From NCBI GenBank assembly GCA_964412455.1, contig CAYPOT010000009.1, forward strand, positions 5,179 through 69,178: DNA of 64,000 nucleotides, in the 5' to 3' direction. Below, one piece after another: positions 46,594 to 55,777 of this stretch. The notes below the pieces were generated by a model. That model saw only the letters and a program-made list of their open reading frames with translations, ran no database searches and was not told where the DNA came from. This DNA is from an uncultured Nitrospiraceae bacterium. GTDB lineage: Bacteria; Nitrospirota; UBA9217. The stretch's first letter is position 1. Each line of letters opens with the position of its first letter. The position numbers and the translations under genes are program-made.

Positions 46594-47427
46594 ATGAAGG
46601 AAGGCAGCAAACTATACACATTGGCCCTGCTCGCGCTCCTGACGCTGTCGGCGTACCTGCTTGCCGATACGGTGGACGCCATGATCGGCAGAAGCCTTGA
46701 CGCGTCCGCGAAGGTTTCGACGCCGGTCAACCAGGAGCGGGCGGGCATCGAGCCGCGCAAGGAACTATCCGATTATTCTTCGATCCTGGAGCGGGGGCTG
46801 TTCGGCGACGGCAAAGGGCCCTCGAGCGGTCCCGCGGCGGCGGAAACGTACACCACCCATACCCTCATCGGCACGGTCGAGGGCGACAGCTTTGCCGGCG
46901 CCGTGCTTGCCGATGCGGCGAACCTGCAGGCCTTCTACCGCCGGGGCCAGAAACTGCCCGACGGCGCTCAACTCGTCAAGGTGAACCGCGACCATGTCTC
47001 GCTCAAGCGGCCCGACGGCGTGATCGTCGAGATCCAGCTCGTCGACGATACGAAGATCGTGAACATTGCGAAGGCGGTCCCGGACAGCGGCGTCAGGAAA
47101 CTATCCGAGGGCAAGTACGTGGTCGATCAGCGCGAGGTCGCGTCCAGCACGGAGAACCTGAGCCAGCTCCTGACGCAGGCCCGCGCCCTTCCTTTTATCG
47201 AACAGGGAAAGACCGTGGGGTTCCGCATCAGCGAGATCGTACCCGGCAGCCTTTACGAGAAGATCGGACTGGTGAACGGCGACGTCATCCAGCGGGTGAA
47301 CTCGCAGGATGTGGACGATCCGGGCAAATTTTTCCAGATGTATCAGGGGCTGAAGGACGAGAGGCAGGTTTCCATCGATCTGCTCAGGAACGGCCAGCGG
47401 CAGACCGTGAACTACGATATCCGGTAA
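46594..47427 (+). CDS. gspC: Type II secretion system protein C (HR domain + PDZ)
   Basis: HTLIGTVEGDSFAGAVLADAANLQAFYRRGQKLPDGAQLVKVNRDHVSLKRPDG plus C-terminal PDZ (GFRISEIVPGSLYEKIGLVNGDVIQRVN). Confidence 0.7.
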   Translation: MKEGSKLYTLALLALLTLSAYLLADTVDAMIGRSLDASAKVSTPVNQERAGIEPRKELSDYSSILERGLFGDGKGPSSGPAAAETYTTHTLIGTVEGDSFAGAVLADAANLQAFYRRGQKLPDGAQLVKVNRDHVSLKRPDGVIVEIQLVDDTKIVNIAKAVPDSGVRKLSEGKYVVDQREVASSTENLSQLLTQARALPFIEQGKTVGFRISEIVPGSLYEKIGLVNGDVIQRVNSQDVDDPGKFFQMYQGLKDERQVSIDLLRNGQRQTVNYDIR

Positions 47428-47527
47428 TAACTGCCGAAACGGGGAACAGAACGACCGTTTCTTTCCTGCTCCCCTGCTCCCCGGTCCTGATCTTCCAGCA
47501 GTTTCAGTAATTACGGAGGCCCATTAC

Positions 47528-49489
47528 GTGAAAATGATCCCGGCCCTGCTCCTCGCAGGGCTTCTTAGCATTAGTGTGACCTACGCGCAGGCCCCCGATC
47601 CCCCGGCGGCCGACCAGCAGGACCTTCCGAAGATCACCCGGACCAGGGATGATTATATCACGCTGAACTTTTCGAACATCGACATCGCCGCGCTGGTGAA
47701 GGTCATGAGCGAATTCACGCGCAAGAACTTCATTCTCGACGAAAAGGTCGCCGGGAAGGTGACGCTGATGACACCGACCAAGATATCACCGGAGGAGGCT
47801 TACCAGATATTTCTCTCGGCGCTTGAGATCAAGGGTTTCACCGCCGTGGAGGACGGCAGTATCATCCGTATCGTTCCCACTGCCCAGGCCCGGCAGAGCG
47901 GCCTCAGGGTGATGCTGGAAGGTGATATGCAGGGCGAGGGCTACGTCACCAAGATCATCCGCCTGTCCTATGTGAACCCCCAGGAGCTCGTCCGGACGCT
48001 TACGCCGCTCATCACCAGGGACGGCAACCTCATCGCCTCTCCCTCCACGAATTCGCTCATTATCACCGACTCCGTGTCCGCCATCAGGAAGATCGAGCAG
48101 CTGGTCGCCGCCCTGGACGTCCAGACCCCCACGGGCCAGGGCAAGATCAATGTGTATTACCTCAAACACGCGAGCGCGGAGGACATCTCCAAGGTGATGC
48201 AGGCGCTGGTGTCCCGGCTGCCGGTGCCGCCGCCGGGCGGCGCGGCCCAGCCCGCGGGCCCGGCAACGATCCTGGAGGGCGCGGTCACCATCACCGCGGA
48301 CAAGCTTACCAACTCGCTTATTGTCGTCGCCTCGCCCATCGACTACGAGACCATGAAGGACGTTATACAGAAGCTCGATATACGGCGGCGGCAGGTGTAC
48401 GTCGAGGCCGCCATCGTCGAGATGGGGCTCTCCAAATCGCGCGAGCTGGGATTCGAGTTCCAGGCGGCGAACCTCAACAAGCTCGAGGGAAGCAACCAGA
48501 CCAGCATCATTGGCGGCACGAACTTCGGCAATATCGCTACTGCGGCAAGCGGCCCGGTAGGCCTCGCGATGCTGCCCGGATTGAACGTAGGCGCCGTGAA
48601 GGGTACCTTCACGTACGATGGCCGGCAATTCCTGAACATCGGCGCGCTGCTGCACGCTCTCCAGTCCGACGGTGATGTGAACGTGCTGTCCACGCCCAAC
48701 ATCCTGACGAGCGACAACCAGAAGGCAGAGATCATGGTGGGCGAGAACGTGCCGTTCAAGACCGGCCAGTCCCAGAACGCGGCGACAGGCGGCAGTTCGA
48801 TCCTGACCACCATCGAGCGGAAGGACGTGGGCATCAGCCTCAAGATCACGCCCCAGATCACCTCCGAGGACAACGTGCGGCTCGAGATATACCAGGAGAT
48901 ATCGAACGTGGTCGAGAGCGCGACGCCTAACGCCGACGGCCCCACCACGAGCAAGCGCTCGGCGAGCACCACGGTGGTGATCAAGGACCGTGAGACCATG
49001 ATCATCGGCGGACTGATCCGCGACAACGTGACCACATCGGAGCGCAAGGTGCCGTTCCTGGGAGACATCCCTCTTCTCGGCTGGCTCTTCAAGTATAAGA
49101 GCACCAGGGTCGAGAAGGTCAATCTCATGATCTTCATCACGCCCTACATCATCAAAAACGAACAGGATGCCGCCGAGATCACGCGCCGGCAGAACGCGAC
49201 ACAGGAGGACTTCCGGAAGGACCAGCGCTTCGAGAAGAAGGGCATGGAGCCGGTCATGCCTGCACCTGATAAGCAGGACAGGGAAAAGAAGGATGCCGAA
49301 AAGAAGGCCCTCGTGACGCCGCCGGCGGCGGAACAACCGGTCGCTGTTGAAAGTGCGCCTGTCCCTGCGCCGAAAGCGGCGGAGGCCGGGAAAGAGGAGC
49401 CCGCCGCGACATCTGCTTCCCCCGCTTCTGCGGAACAGCCGGCAGCGCCTGCCGGGAATATCCCTGTCCCTGCCGAGGGCGCGCGGTGA
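47528..49489 (+). CDS. gspD: Type II secretion system secretin
   Basis: N0/N1 domains and C-terminal secretin domain (VPFLGDIPLLGWLFKYKS). Confidence 0.85.
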   Translation: MKMIPALLLAGLLSISVTYAQAPDPPAADQQDLPKITRTRDDYITLNFSNIDIAALVKVMSEFTRKNFILDEKVAGKVTLMTPTKISPEEAYQIFLSALEIKGFTAVEDGSIIRIVPTAQARQSGLRVMLEGDMQGEGYVTKIIRLSYVNPQELVRTLTPLITRDGNLIASPSTNSLIITDSVSAIRKIEQLVAALDVQTPTGQGKINVYYLKHASAEDISKVMQALVSRLPVPPPGGAAQPAGPATILEGAVTITADKLTNSLIVVASPIDYETMKDVIQKLDIRRRQVYVEAAIVEMGLSKSRELGFEFQAANLNKLEGSNQTSIIGGTNFGNIATAASGPVGLAMLPGLNVGAVKGTFTYDGRQFLNIGALLHALQSDGDVNVLSTPNILTSDNQKAEIMVGENVPFKTGQSQNAATGGSSILTTIERKDVGISLKITPQITSEDNVRLEIYQEISNVVESATPNADGPTTSKRSASTTVVIKDRETMIIGGLIRDNVTTSERKVPFLGDIPLLGWLFKYKSTRVEKVNLMIFITPYIIKNEQDAAEITRRQNATQEDFRKDQRFEKKGMEPVMPAPDKQDREKKDAEKKALVTPPAAEQPVAVESAPVPAPKAAEAGKEEPAATSASPASAEQPAAPAGNIPVPAEGAR

Positions 49490-51174
49490 GACGCCTGCTC
49501 GGCGAGATACTCGTTGAGTCAGGACTTTCCCCCGAACGGCTCAATAAGACCCTTGAACTCCAGAAAAAACGGGGTGGCCGCATCGGCACGCTCCTCATGC
49601 GGCTGAACTTCGCCACCGAGGCCGAGGTGCTCACGGCCCTGGGCGCCCAGCTCGGCCTTCCCTTCCAGCCAACGATCGGCGAGCTCGACCGCGAGCTTGC
49701 TCTCAAACTTCCCATCACCTACGCCAAGAAAGCCGTTGTCATTCCCCTTCGCCGGGAGGACGGGACCGTCCTCGCCGCGACGGCGGAGCCGCTCCTCCTG
49801 TCCACGGTGGACGACCTTGCCGTGCTGTTCGCTTCGCCTGTCGAACTTTGCCTCGCTCCGTCCGATGCGATCCTTGACAATCTGAACCGGCTGCACAGCG
49901 AGGGGCTGAACAAGGCCGAGGACACGGCGCAGGAAATGGAGGAGGAAGACCTGTCGTTCCTGGCCGCGGAGCTCGAAGAGCCTACGGACCTTCTTGAGGC
50001 GACCGACGACGCGCCGATCATCCGGCTCGTGAACTCGCTCCTGTCCCAGGCCATTCGCGAGCGGGCCAGTGATATTCACATCGAACCGTTCGAGAAGGAG
50101 GTCGTGGCGCGGTTCCGCATCGACGGCATCCTGTACAACATCCTGACCATCCAGAAGCGCTTCCAGGTCAGCATCGCCTCGCGCGTCAAGATCATGTCGG
50201 GGCTGAATATCGCCGAGAAACGGCTGCCCCAGGACGGCGGCATGCGGATCAAGATCGGCGGCAAGGACGTGGACATCCGCGTTTCCATCGTGCCCACGGC
50301 CTTCGGCGAGCGCATCGTGCTGCGCCTCCTGTATCGGGAAAGCGCGCTCCTGCCGCTGGACCAGATCGGTTTCACCGGCGAGACCCTCCGGCGGTTCGAA
50401 GAGTTCATCACCAAGCCGCACGGCATCATCCTCGTCACCGGTCCGACCGGCAGCGGCAAGACCACGACGCTCTATGGCGCGCTCTCCAAGATCAACTCGC
50501 CGGACAAGAACATCATCACCATTGAAGATCCCGTGGAATACCAGCTCAAGGGCATCGGCCAGATCCAGGTGAACGCCAAGATCCAGCTGACCTTCGCCGC
50601 CGGCCTCCGGTCCGTGCTGCGCCAGGACCCGGACGTGATCCTCGTGGGCGAGATACGGGACTCCGAGACCGCCGAGATCGCGATCCAGGCGGCGCTCACC
50701 GGTCACCTCGTCTTCTCCACGCTCCACACGAACGACGCGGCCGGGTCCATAACGCGCCTCCTGGACATGAAGGTCGAACCGTTCCTTATTTCCTCATCGG
50801 TCATGGCCATTCTGGCCCAGCGGCTGGTGCGCGTGCTCTGTACGCAATGCCGCGAGATCTATGAGCTGACGCCGCTGGAGATGAAGGAGCTCGAGGTCGT
50901 CCCGACCGGCCAGAACCCCATGGCGTACCGCGCCAAGGGATGTCCGGTGTGCTTTCAGACCGGGTATCTGGGACGGTCCGCCATATATGAACTGCTGGAG
51001 ATCGACGACGAGGTCCGCCAGCTCATCATGAAGAACGCCGACGCGTCGACGATCAAGGCCCTGGCGGTGAAGAAGGGGATGACGACCCTCCGCCAGGACG
51101 GCGCCGACAAGGTGCTGAAAGGCATCACGTCGGTGGACGAGGTCGTGCGGGTGACGCAGAAAGAAACGCAATAA
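49486..51174 (+). CDS. gspE: Type II secretion system ATPase
   Basis: Walker A GPTGSGKTTTLY, Asp/His boxes and a tetracysteine zinc motif. Overlaps the gspD stop. Confidence 0.9.
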   Translation: MRRLLGEILVESGLSPERLNKTLELQKKRGGRIGTLLMRLNFATEAEVLTALGAQLGLPFQPTIGELDRELALKLPITYAKKAVVIPLRREDGTVLAATAEPLLLSTVDDLAVLFASPVELCLAPSDAILDNLNRLHSEGLNKAEDTAQEMEEEDLSFLAAELEEPTDLLEATDDAPIIRLVNSLLSQAIRERASDIHIEPFEKEVVARFRIDGILYNILTIQKRFQVSIASRVKIMSGLNIAEKRLPQDGGMRIKIGGKDVDIRVSIVPTAFGERIVLRLLYRESALLPLDQIGFTGETLRRFEEFITKPHGIILVTGPTGSGKTTTLYGALSKINSPDKNIITIEDPVEYQLKGIGQIQVNAKIQLTFAAGLRSVLRQDPDVILVGEIRDSETAEIAIQAALTGHLVFSTLHTNDAAGSITRLLDMKVEPFLISSSVMAILAQRLVRVLCTQCREIYELTPLEMKELEVVPTGQNPMAYRAKGCPVCFQTGYLGRSAIYELLEIDDEVRQLIMKNADASTIKALAVKKGMTTLRQDGADKVLKGITSVDEVVRVTQKETQ

Positions 51175-51179
51175 TAAGC

Positions 51180-51300
51180 GCCAAATGACAAGAATCAAAT
51201 CACAAATAAATTTCAATTTTCAAACGCCAAATTCCAACCGTTTGGGATATTGATATTTGAATTTTGGAGCTTATTTGAGATTTGCTATTTGTAATTTGGA
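51180..51300. repeat. AT-rich CAAAT/ATTTG hairpin repeat (sister of 4044-4160)
   Basis: caaatgacaagaatcaaatcacaaataaatttc ... atttgaattttggagcttatttgagatttgctatttgtaatttgg. Confidence 0.6.
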
Positions 51301-51314
51301 GCTTGTACCAATCC

Positions 51315-52532
51315 ATGCCCATCTACGAATACAAAGGCGTCAACGCAATCGGCAAGAGCATCTCCGGCGTCCTGGACGGCGAGAGCCTGAAGACCGTGAA
51401 GGCGAAGCTCAGGAAGGACGGCATCGTCGTTCTTGAGGTCCGTGAGGGCAGCGCGGTGCGGGCGGCGCGCTCACGGGAGTTCCACTTCGGCGGGGGAAGG
51501 GTCAAGGCCGGTGACCTCGCCAATGCCACGCGCCAGCTTGCCACGCTCCTTTCGGCCGGCCTCCCGCTCATGGAGGCGCTGAACGTGCTTGTGGACCAGG
51601 AGGAGGGCCAGGCGCTCAAAGGAGCGCTCGCGTCGGTGCGCGATTCGGTGCGCGGCGGATCCTCCCTCGCCGACGCCCTCAAGACGAACGCAAAGGTCTT
51701 CTCCCCGCTCTATGGGAACATGGTGACGGCCGGCGAGGCGAGCGGGACCCTCGAGATCACGCTGGACCGGCTCGCCGATTTTCTCGAGGAGCAGGTCCGT
51801 TTCCAGGGCAGGCTCACGGCGGCGCTGGCGTATCCCGCGCTCATGACCGTCATCGGCATCGGCGTTCTGTTCTTCCTGTTCAGCTTTGTCCTGCCCCGGG
51901 TCGTCGGGATGTTCGAGGATATGCGGCAGCAGCTCCCGTTCATTACCGTGGTCCTTCTGGCGGTGGTGCGGGTCCTGTCGGGATTCTGGTGGCTGATCCT
52001 GCTTACGGTGGGTGGCGCGGGTTGGTACGTGCAGCGGTATTTCAGCACGGCCGCGGGCAAGGTGAACCTGGACGGTTGGCTGCTACGCATGCCGGTGTTC
52101 GGGACGCTCATCCGGATGATCGCCGTGTCGCGGTTCACCCGGACCCTGGGGACGCTGCTGCAGAGCGGGGTGCCGACGCTCACGGCGCTGGACATCGTGC
52201 AGAACGTCATCGGGAACACGGTGCTTGCCGAGGCGGTCCGGAAGGCGCGCGAGAACGTGCGCGAGGGCGAATCCATCGCCGATCCCCTGCGGCGGAGCCG
52301 CCTCTTCCCGCCCGTGGTGGTCCAGATGATCTCGGTCGGTGAAAAGAGCGGCGAACTGGAAAAAATGCTCCTTAAAGTGTCGGATTCCTTCGACCGGACC
52401 GTGGAGTCGCGCATCGCCGCACTGATGTCCCTCGTGGAACCGGCGATCATCCTGGTGATGGGGCTCATTATCGGATTCATCGTCATCGCCATCCTGCTGC
52501 CGATCCTGCAGATGAGCTCGGCGGTGAGATAA
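51315..52532 (+). CDS. gspF: Type II secretion system inner-membrane platform protein
   Basis: MPIYEYKGVNAIGKSISG N-terminus, two GspF repeats. ATG 51315 preferred over 51282. Confidence 0.85.
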   Translation: MPIYEYKGVNAIGKSISGVLDGESLKTVKAKLRKDGIVVLEVREGSAVRAARSREFHFGGGRVKAGDLANATRQLATLLSAGLPLMEALNVLVDQEEGQALKGALASVRDSVRGGSSLADALKTNAKVFSPLYGNMVTAGEASGTLEITLDRLADFLEEQVRFQGRLTAALAYPALMTVIGIGVLFFLFSFVLPRVVGMFEDMRQQLPFITVVLLAVVRVLSGFWWLILLTVGGAGWYVQRYFSTAAGKVNLDGWLLRMPVFGTLIRMIAVSRFTRTLGTLLQSGVPTLTALDIVQNVIGNTVLAEAVRKARENVREGESIADPLRRSRLFPPVVVQMISVGEKSGELEKMLLKVSDSFDRTVESRIAALMSLVEPAIILVMGLIIGFIVIAILLPILQMSSAVR

Positions 52533-52585
52533 GTCGATTGCGGATTGCGGAGTGCGGAACGAGAACAGCCGATCCTGCGGTAAAC

Positions 52586-52644
52586 CGTAGGGGCAACCCC
52601 ATGTGGTTGCCCCCGGGCGGGCGGCCACGCAGGACCGCCCCTAC
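52586..52644. repeat. REP-A repeat, copy 4
   Basis: gtaggggcaaccccatgtggttgcccccgggcgggcggccacgcaggaccgcccctac between gspF and gspG, preceded by GATTGCG heptamer repeats. Confidence 0.8.
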
Positions 52645-52700
52645 GAATAGGGTTTCACCCGTGTCCATCTGTCGTTACTAAGGTTGTCAGGAGGTTCTTC

Positions 52701-53135
52701 ATGAAAAACCAGAAAGGTTTCACCCTCATCGAGATCATGGTCGTGGTGATCATTCTCGGGCTCCTGGCGGGTCTCGTCCTGCCGAAGATCCTCGGCCGCG
52801 AGGAAGAGGCGCGTGTCAGCTCTGCCAGGCTGCAGATCAAGTCCCTGGAGAACGCCCTCGACGGGTACAAGCTGGACAATGGTTTCTATCCGACGACGGA
52901 CCAGGGGCTCGAGGCGCTCATCAAAAAACCGGAGGCCGGCCGAATTCCGAACAAGTGGCGCGAGGGAGGATACCTGAAGCCGGCGCGCATTCCCAAGGAC
53001 CCCTGGGGCATTGACTTCCACTACTATTCCCCCGGCAACGAGAACCGTGAGTACGAGATCATTTCGTACGGTCCCGACGGCGAGCCGGGCGGCGAGGGCA
53101 AGAGCGCCGATGTTGAGAGCTGGAAGATAGAATAA
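52701..53135 (+). CDS. gspG: Type II secretion major pseudopilin
   Basis: MKNQKG|FTLIEIMVVVIILGLLAGLV prepilin motif. Confidence 0.9.
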   Translation: MKNQKGFTLIEIMVVVIILGLLAGLVLPKILGREEEARVSSARLQIKSLENALDGYKLDNGFYPTTDQGLEALIKKPEAGRIPNKWREGGYLKPARIPKDPWGIDFHYYSPGNENREYEIISYGPDGEPGGEGKSADVESWKIE

Positions 53136-53139
53136 AGAA

Positions 53140-53757
53140 ATGGGGATTGCGGATGGTTCGACGGGGCTCACCATCATGAGTGTGTCGACTGATTGCGGAT
53201 TGCGGAATGCCCCCTCACCCTGCCCTCTCCCCTCAGGGGAGAGGATTAAGGTGAGGGGTGGTGTTTCTTCCGGCTTCACGCTCATCGAGCTGGCGATGGT
53301 GATCGTGGTGCTGGGTGTCATGATCTCGCTCGTGATCCCGACCCTGGGCGAGATGACCGGGGCGAACCTGAAACGGAGCGCCCGGCACCTGACCGGCATG
53401 ATCCGTTTCCTGCGGGACGAGGCCGAGGCGAAAAAAACCGTGTACCGGCTCCGGTTCGATGTCACCGGCGGACACTACTGGGCCGAGACCCTGACCGTGA
53501 CCTCTGACCGGACCGCCGAGTTCAAACGGCTGTCGTCGGCCATTTCCACAGAAGGGAGCCTTTCGGGCAATACCACGTTCAAGGACGTCAAAGCCGGGAG
53601 CCATCCAGACGACCCGTATATCCTGTTCACCCCCGACGGCTGGGTGGAGAAGACCTTCATCCACCTGCGGGACGGCAATGGGAAGGATTTCACACTCCTC
53701 GTCCAGCCGCTCACCGGAGAAACCGAGCTCCGCGAGGGAGAGGTGGAGGAGAGATGA
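53140..53757 (+). CDS. gspH: Minor pseudopilin GspH-like (start uncertain: ATG 53140 or GTG 53251)
   Basis: ...GVSSG|FTLIELAMVIVVLGV prepilin motif. Sequence upstream of GTG 53251 is built from R1/GATTGCG repeats. Confidence 0.65.
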   Translation: MGIADGSTGLTIMSVSTDCGLRNAPSPCPLPSGERIKVRGGVSSGFTLIELAMVIVVLGVMISLVIPTLGEMTGANLKRSARHLTGMIRFLRDEAEAKKTVYRLRFDVTGGHYWAETLTVTSDRTAEFKRLSSAISTEGSLSGNTTFKDVKAGSHPDDPYILFTPDGWVEKTFIHLRDGNGKDFTLLVQPLTGETELREGEVEER

Positions 53758-54185
53758 GGCATTGCGGATTGCGAATTGCGGATTGCGAATTGCAAAAGAC
53801 GGATTTAAATCCACAATCCGCAATTCGCAATCCGCAATTAAATGGTTTTACCCTCCTTGAAGTGATGCTGGCGGTGGCGATCTTGTCCCTCGTGGTCGTT
53901 TCGCTGATGGGACTGAGCAGCCGAAGCACGCAGGATGTGATGCTTGCCGAACACATCACGACGGCGACGCTTCTGGCGAAGCGGGTCATGACCGAGACGC
54001 TCTTGATCCGCATCCAGCTTCCCCGGGAGGATGAGGGCGAGTTCGAAGAGGAGGAGTTCGGGGACTATGCCTGGAAGATGATCGTCGCTCCCACACCGGT
54101 GCCGCTTATCATGGAGGTGCGGGTGGCGGTCCTCTGGAAGGAAGGGGAGCGGGAAGAGAAAGTTGAGCTGGTGAGCTATGAATAG
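53754..54185 (+). CDS. gspI: Minor pseudopilin GspI-like with a 31-aa repeat-encoded leader
   Basis: ATG overlaps the gspH stop (ATGA). Leader MRHCGLRIADCELQKTDLNPQSAIRNPQLNG|FTLLEVMLAVAIL. Confidence 0.65.
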   Translation: MRHCGLRIADCELQKTDLNPQSAIRNPQLNGFTLLEVMLAVAILSLVVVSLMGLSSRSTQDVMLAEHITTATLLAKRVMTETLLIRIQLPREDEGEFEEEEFGDYAWKMIVAPTPVPLIMEVRVAVLWKEGEREEKVELVSYE

Positions 54186-54879
54186 GACCAGTTCGGAGTT
54201 CGGAGTTCGGAGTGCGGAATGGAACAACAGGTGCTCTGGCGATCATGATCATACTCCGCAATCCGCAATCCGCAATCCGCACTCGAGTGGCTTCACGCTT
54301 CTCGAAGTGCTCCTGGCGCTGTCGATCCTGGCGGTCATCGCGACCACGATCTACAGCAGCTTTTCGACCGCTGGAAGGAATGTGGAGAGCGCCGAAGAAG
54401 TCCGTGACGGGACGGACCGGGCGCGGACCCTGCTTGCCCGGCTGACAAACGACATTGCGAACGCTTACGTCGGAATGAGCGGGACTTTCCTTTACGGCAA
54501 GAAGGTCGAGACGGAGGAGGACAAACTGCGTTTCGACAGCATCTATCTCACGACGCTGACGAACTGGCGGAAGCCGGACTCGAAAGAGATGGAGCTCTGG
54601 GAAGTCGGATATTTCTTCCAGGAGAGGCCCGACGGCAGCGGCCGCGTTCTGATGCGCAAGGAAAAGCGGGAGCTATCCAGCGACGTTCCTCCCCGCGAGG
54701 GCGGCATTGACTACGAGTTAACGGATACTGTTGCGGGTCTTCAACTTCGATATTCCTCTGACGGCGCGAAGTGGACCGATGAGTGGACCCAGGGTGGTCT
54801 GCCCAAGGCAGTGGACATCGTCCTGACCCTTGATGACGGCAGGGTCTACGCGACGAAGGTCGACATCGGGCATCAATAA
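54178..54879 (+). CDS. gspJ: Minor pseudopilin GspJ-like with a 38-aa repeat-encoded leader
   Basis: ATG overlaps the gspI 3' end. Leader ...HTPQSAIRNPHSSG|FTLLEVLLALSIL. Confidence 0.65.
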   Translation: MNRTSSEFGVRSAEWNNRCSGDHDHTPQSAIRNPHSSGFTLLEVLLALSILAVIATTIYSSFSTAGRNVESAEEVRDGTDRARTLLARLTNDIANAYVGMSGTFLYGKKVETEEDKLRFDSIYLTTLTNWRKPDSKEMELWEVGYFFQERPDGSGRVLMRKEKRELSSDVPPREGGIDYELTDTVAGLQLRYSSDGAKWTDEWTQGGLPKAVDIVLTLDDGRVYATKVDIGHQ

Positions 54880-54902
54880 AAAGAAAGTGCGGAGTGCGCG
54901 TA

Positions 54903-54975
54903 GACATGACCCTCACCCCTGCCCCTCTCCCCTGGAGGGAGAGGGAAAAAGGGAGAGGGGGGCTTTTTCAATGCG
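54903..54975. repeat. R1 REP-like hairpin repeat (near-identical to 2519-2590)
   Basis: gacatgaccctcacccctgcccctctcccctggagggagagggaaaaagggagaggggggctttttcaa. Confidence 0.8.
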
Positions 54976-55777
54976 GAGTGCGGAAGGACGAAATATAAGC
55001 AATAACAACCGCGGGGTAGCGCTTCTGATCGCGCTGCTGGTCACGACGCTGCTCATGGCGCTCATTGTCGAGTTTGCCTACGGGACGCGGGTGAGCCTCC
55101 GCGCGGCGGTGAATTTCCGGGACAGCCAGCGGGCCTACTTTCTTGCGCGGTCCGGCGTGAACTTCGCGGGTAAGATCCTCGCCGAGAACCTGAAAAATGG
55201 AAAGCTCCAGGACAACCTGGAACAACGCGAGTGGCAGGTGGTGCCTATCGTGAGCGAAGGCGACACCGAGCTCCGGGTGCGCTGGGAGGACGAGGCAGGA
55301 AAGATCAATATTGCGCCCCCGTTCTACAATAACAACCAGGATTGGTTCGGGGAACTATTGTTCAATACGGTCGTCAGTCAGGAGGTCGTCGATAAGATCA
55401 AGGACGCAACAGGAAACAAGGTCTATCTTCTCGGCCAGCTTCATCAGGTCATGAGTGACGAGGAATACGGCAAAGTGCAGGATTTCCTGACAACGTACTC
55501 TGCCGGAGCGATCAACGTCAATACCGCAACGGAAACGGTCCTCAGGAGCGTGTTGAAAGGCAAGATAGCAACTCCGGACTTTATCATGATGAAGCGGAAA
55601 GATAAACCTATCCCCGATCTGGGCGGCATGGACATAAATAACGAGAGGTACTCGACGACAAGCAACACGTTCTTTGTCCAGTCCTACGCGACAGTCGGCG
55701 GGTATACGAAGAAGGCGGAAGCCATGATAACAAGGCACAGCGGGGGATTCACCGTTCAGTACTGGAAAATATTATGA
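54971..55777 (+). CDS. gspK: Type II secretion minor pseudopilin GspK
   Basis: MRSAEGRNISNNNRGVALLIALLVTTLLMALIVEF. ATG 54971 preferred over ORF-track start 54830, which overlaps gspJ and runs through the R1 repeat. Confidence 0.7.
   Translation: MRSAEGRNISNNNRGVALLIALLVTTLLMALIVEFAYGTRVSLRAAVNFRDSQRAYFLARSGVNFAGKILAENLKNGKLQDNLEQREWQVVPIVSEGDTELRVRWEDEAGKINIAPPFYNNNQDWFGELLFNTVVSQEVVDKIKDATGNKVYLLGQLHQVMSDEEYGKVQDFLTTYSAGAINVNTATETVLRSVLKGKIATPDFIMMKRKDKPIPDLGGMDINNERYSTTSNTFFVQSYATVGGYTKKAEAMITRHSGGFTVQYWKIL

Noticed and set aside
53760-54290. CRISPR-like appearance of the GATTGCG / AATCCGC repeat blocks
   Set aside because: These are short heptamer tandem and inverted repeats without regularly spaced unique spacers, and there are no cas genes. 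They lie inside or just upstream of pseudopilin reading frames.
54830-54970. ORF-track start of gspK at 54830
   Set aside because: It overlaps gspJ by 50 nt and runs through an R1 repeat (HDPHPCPSPLEGEGKRERG). ATG 54971 gives a canonical GspK N-terminus.
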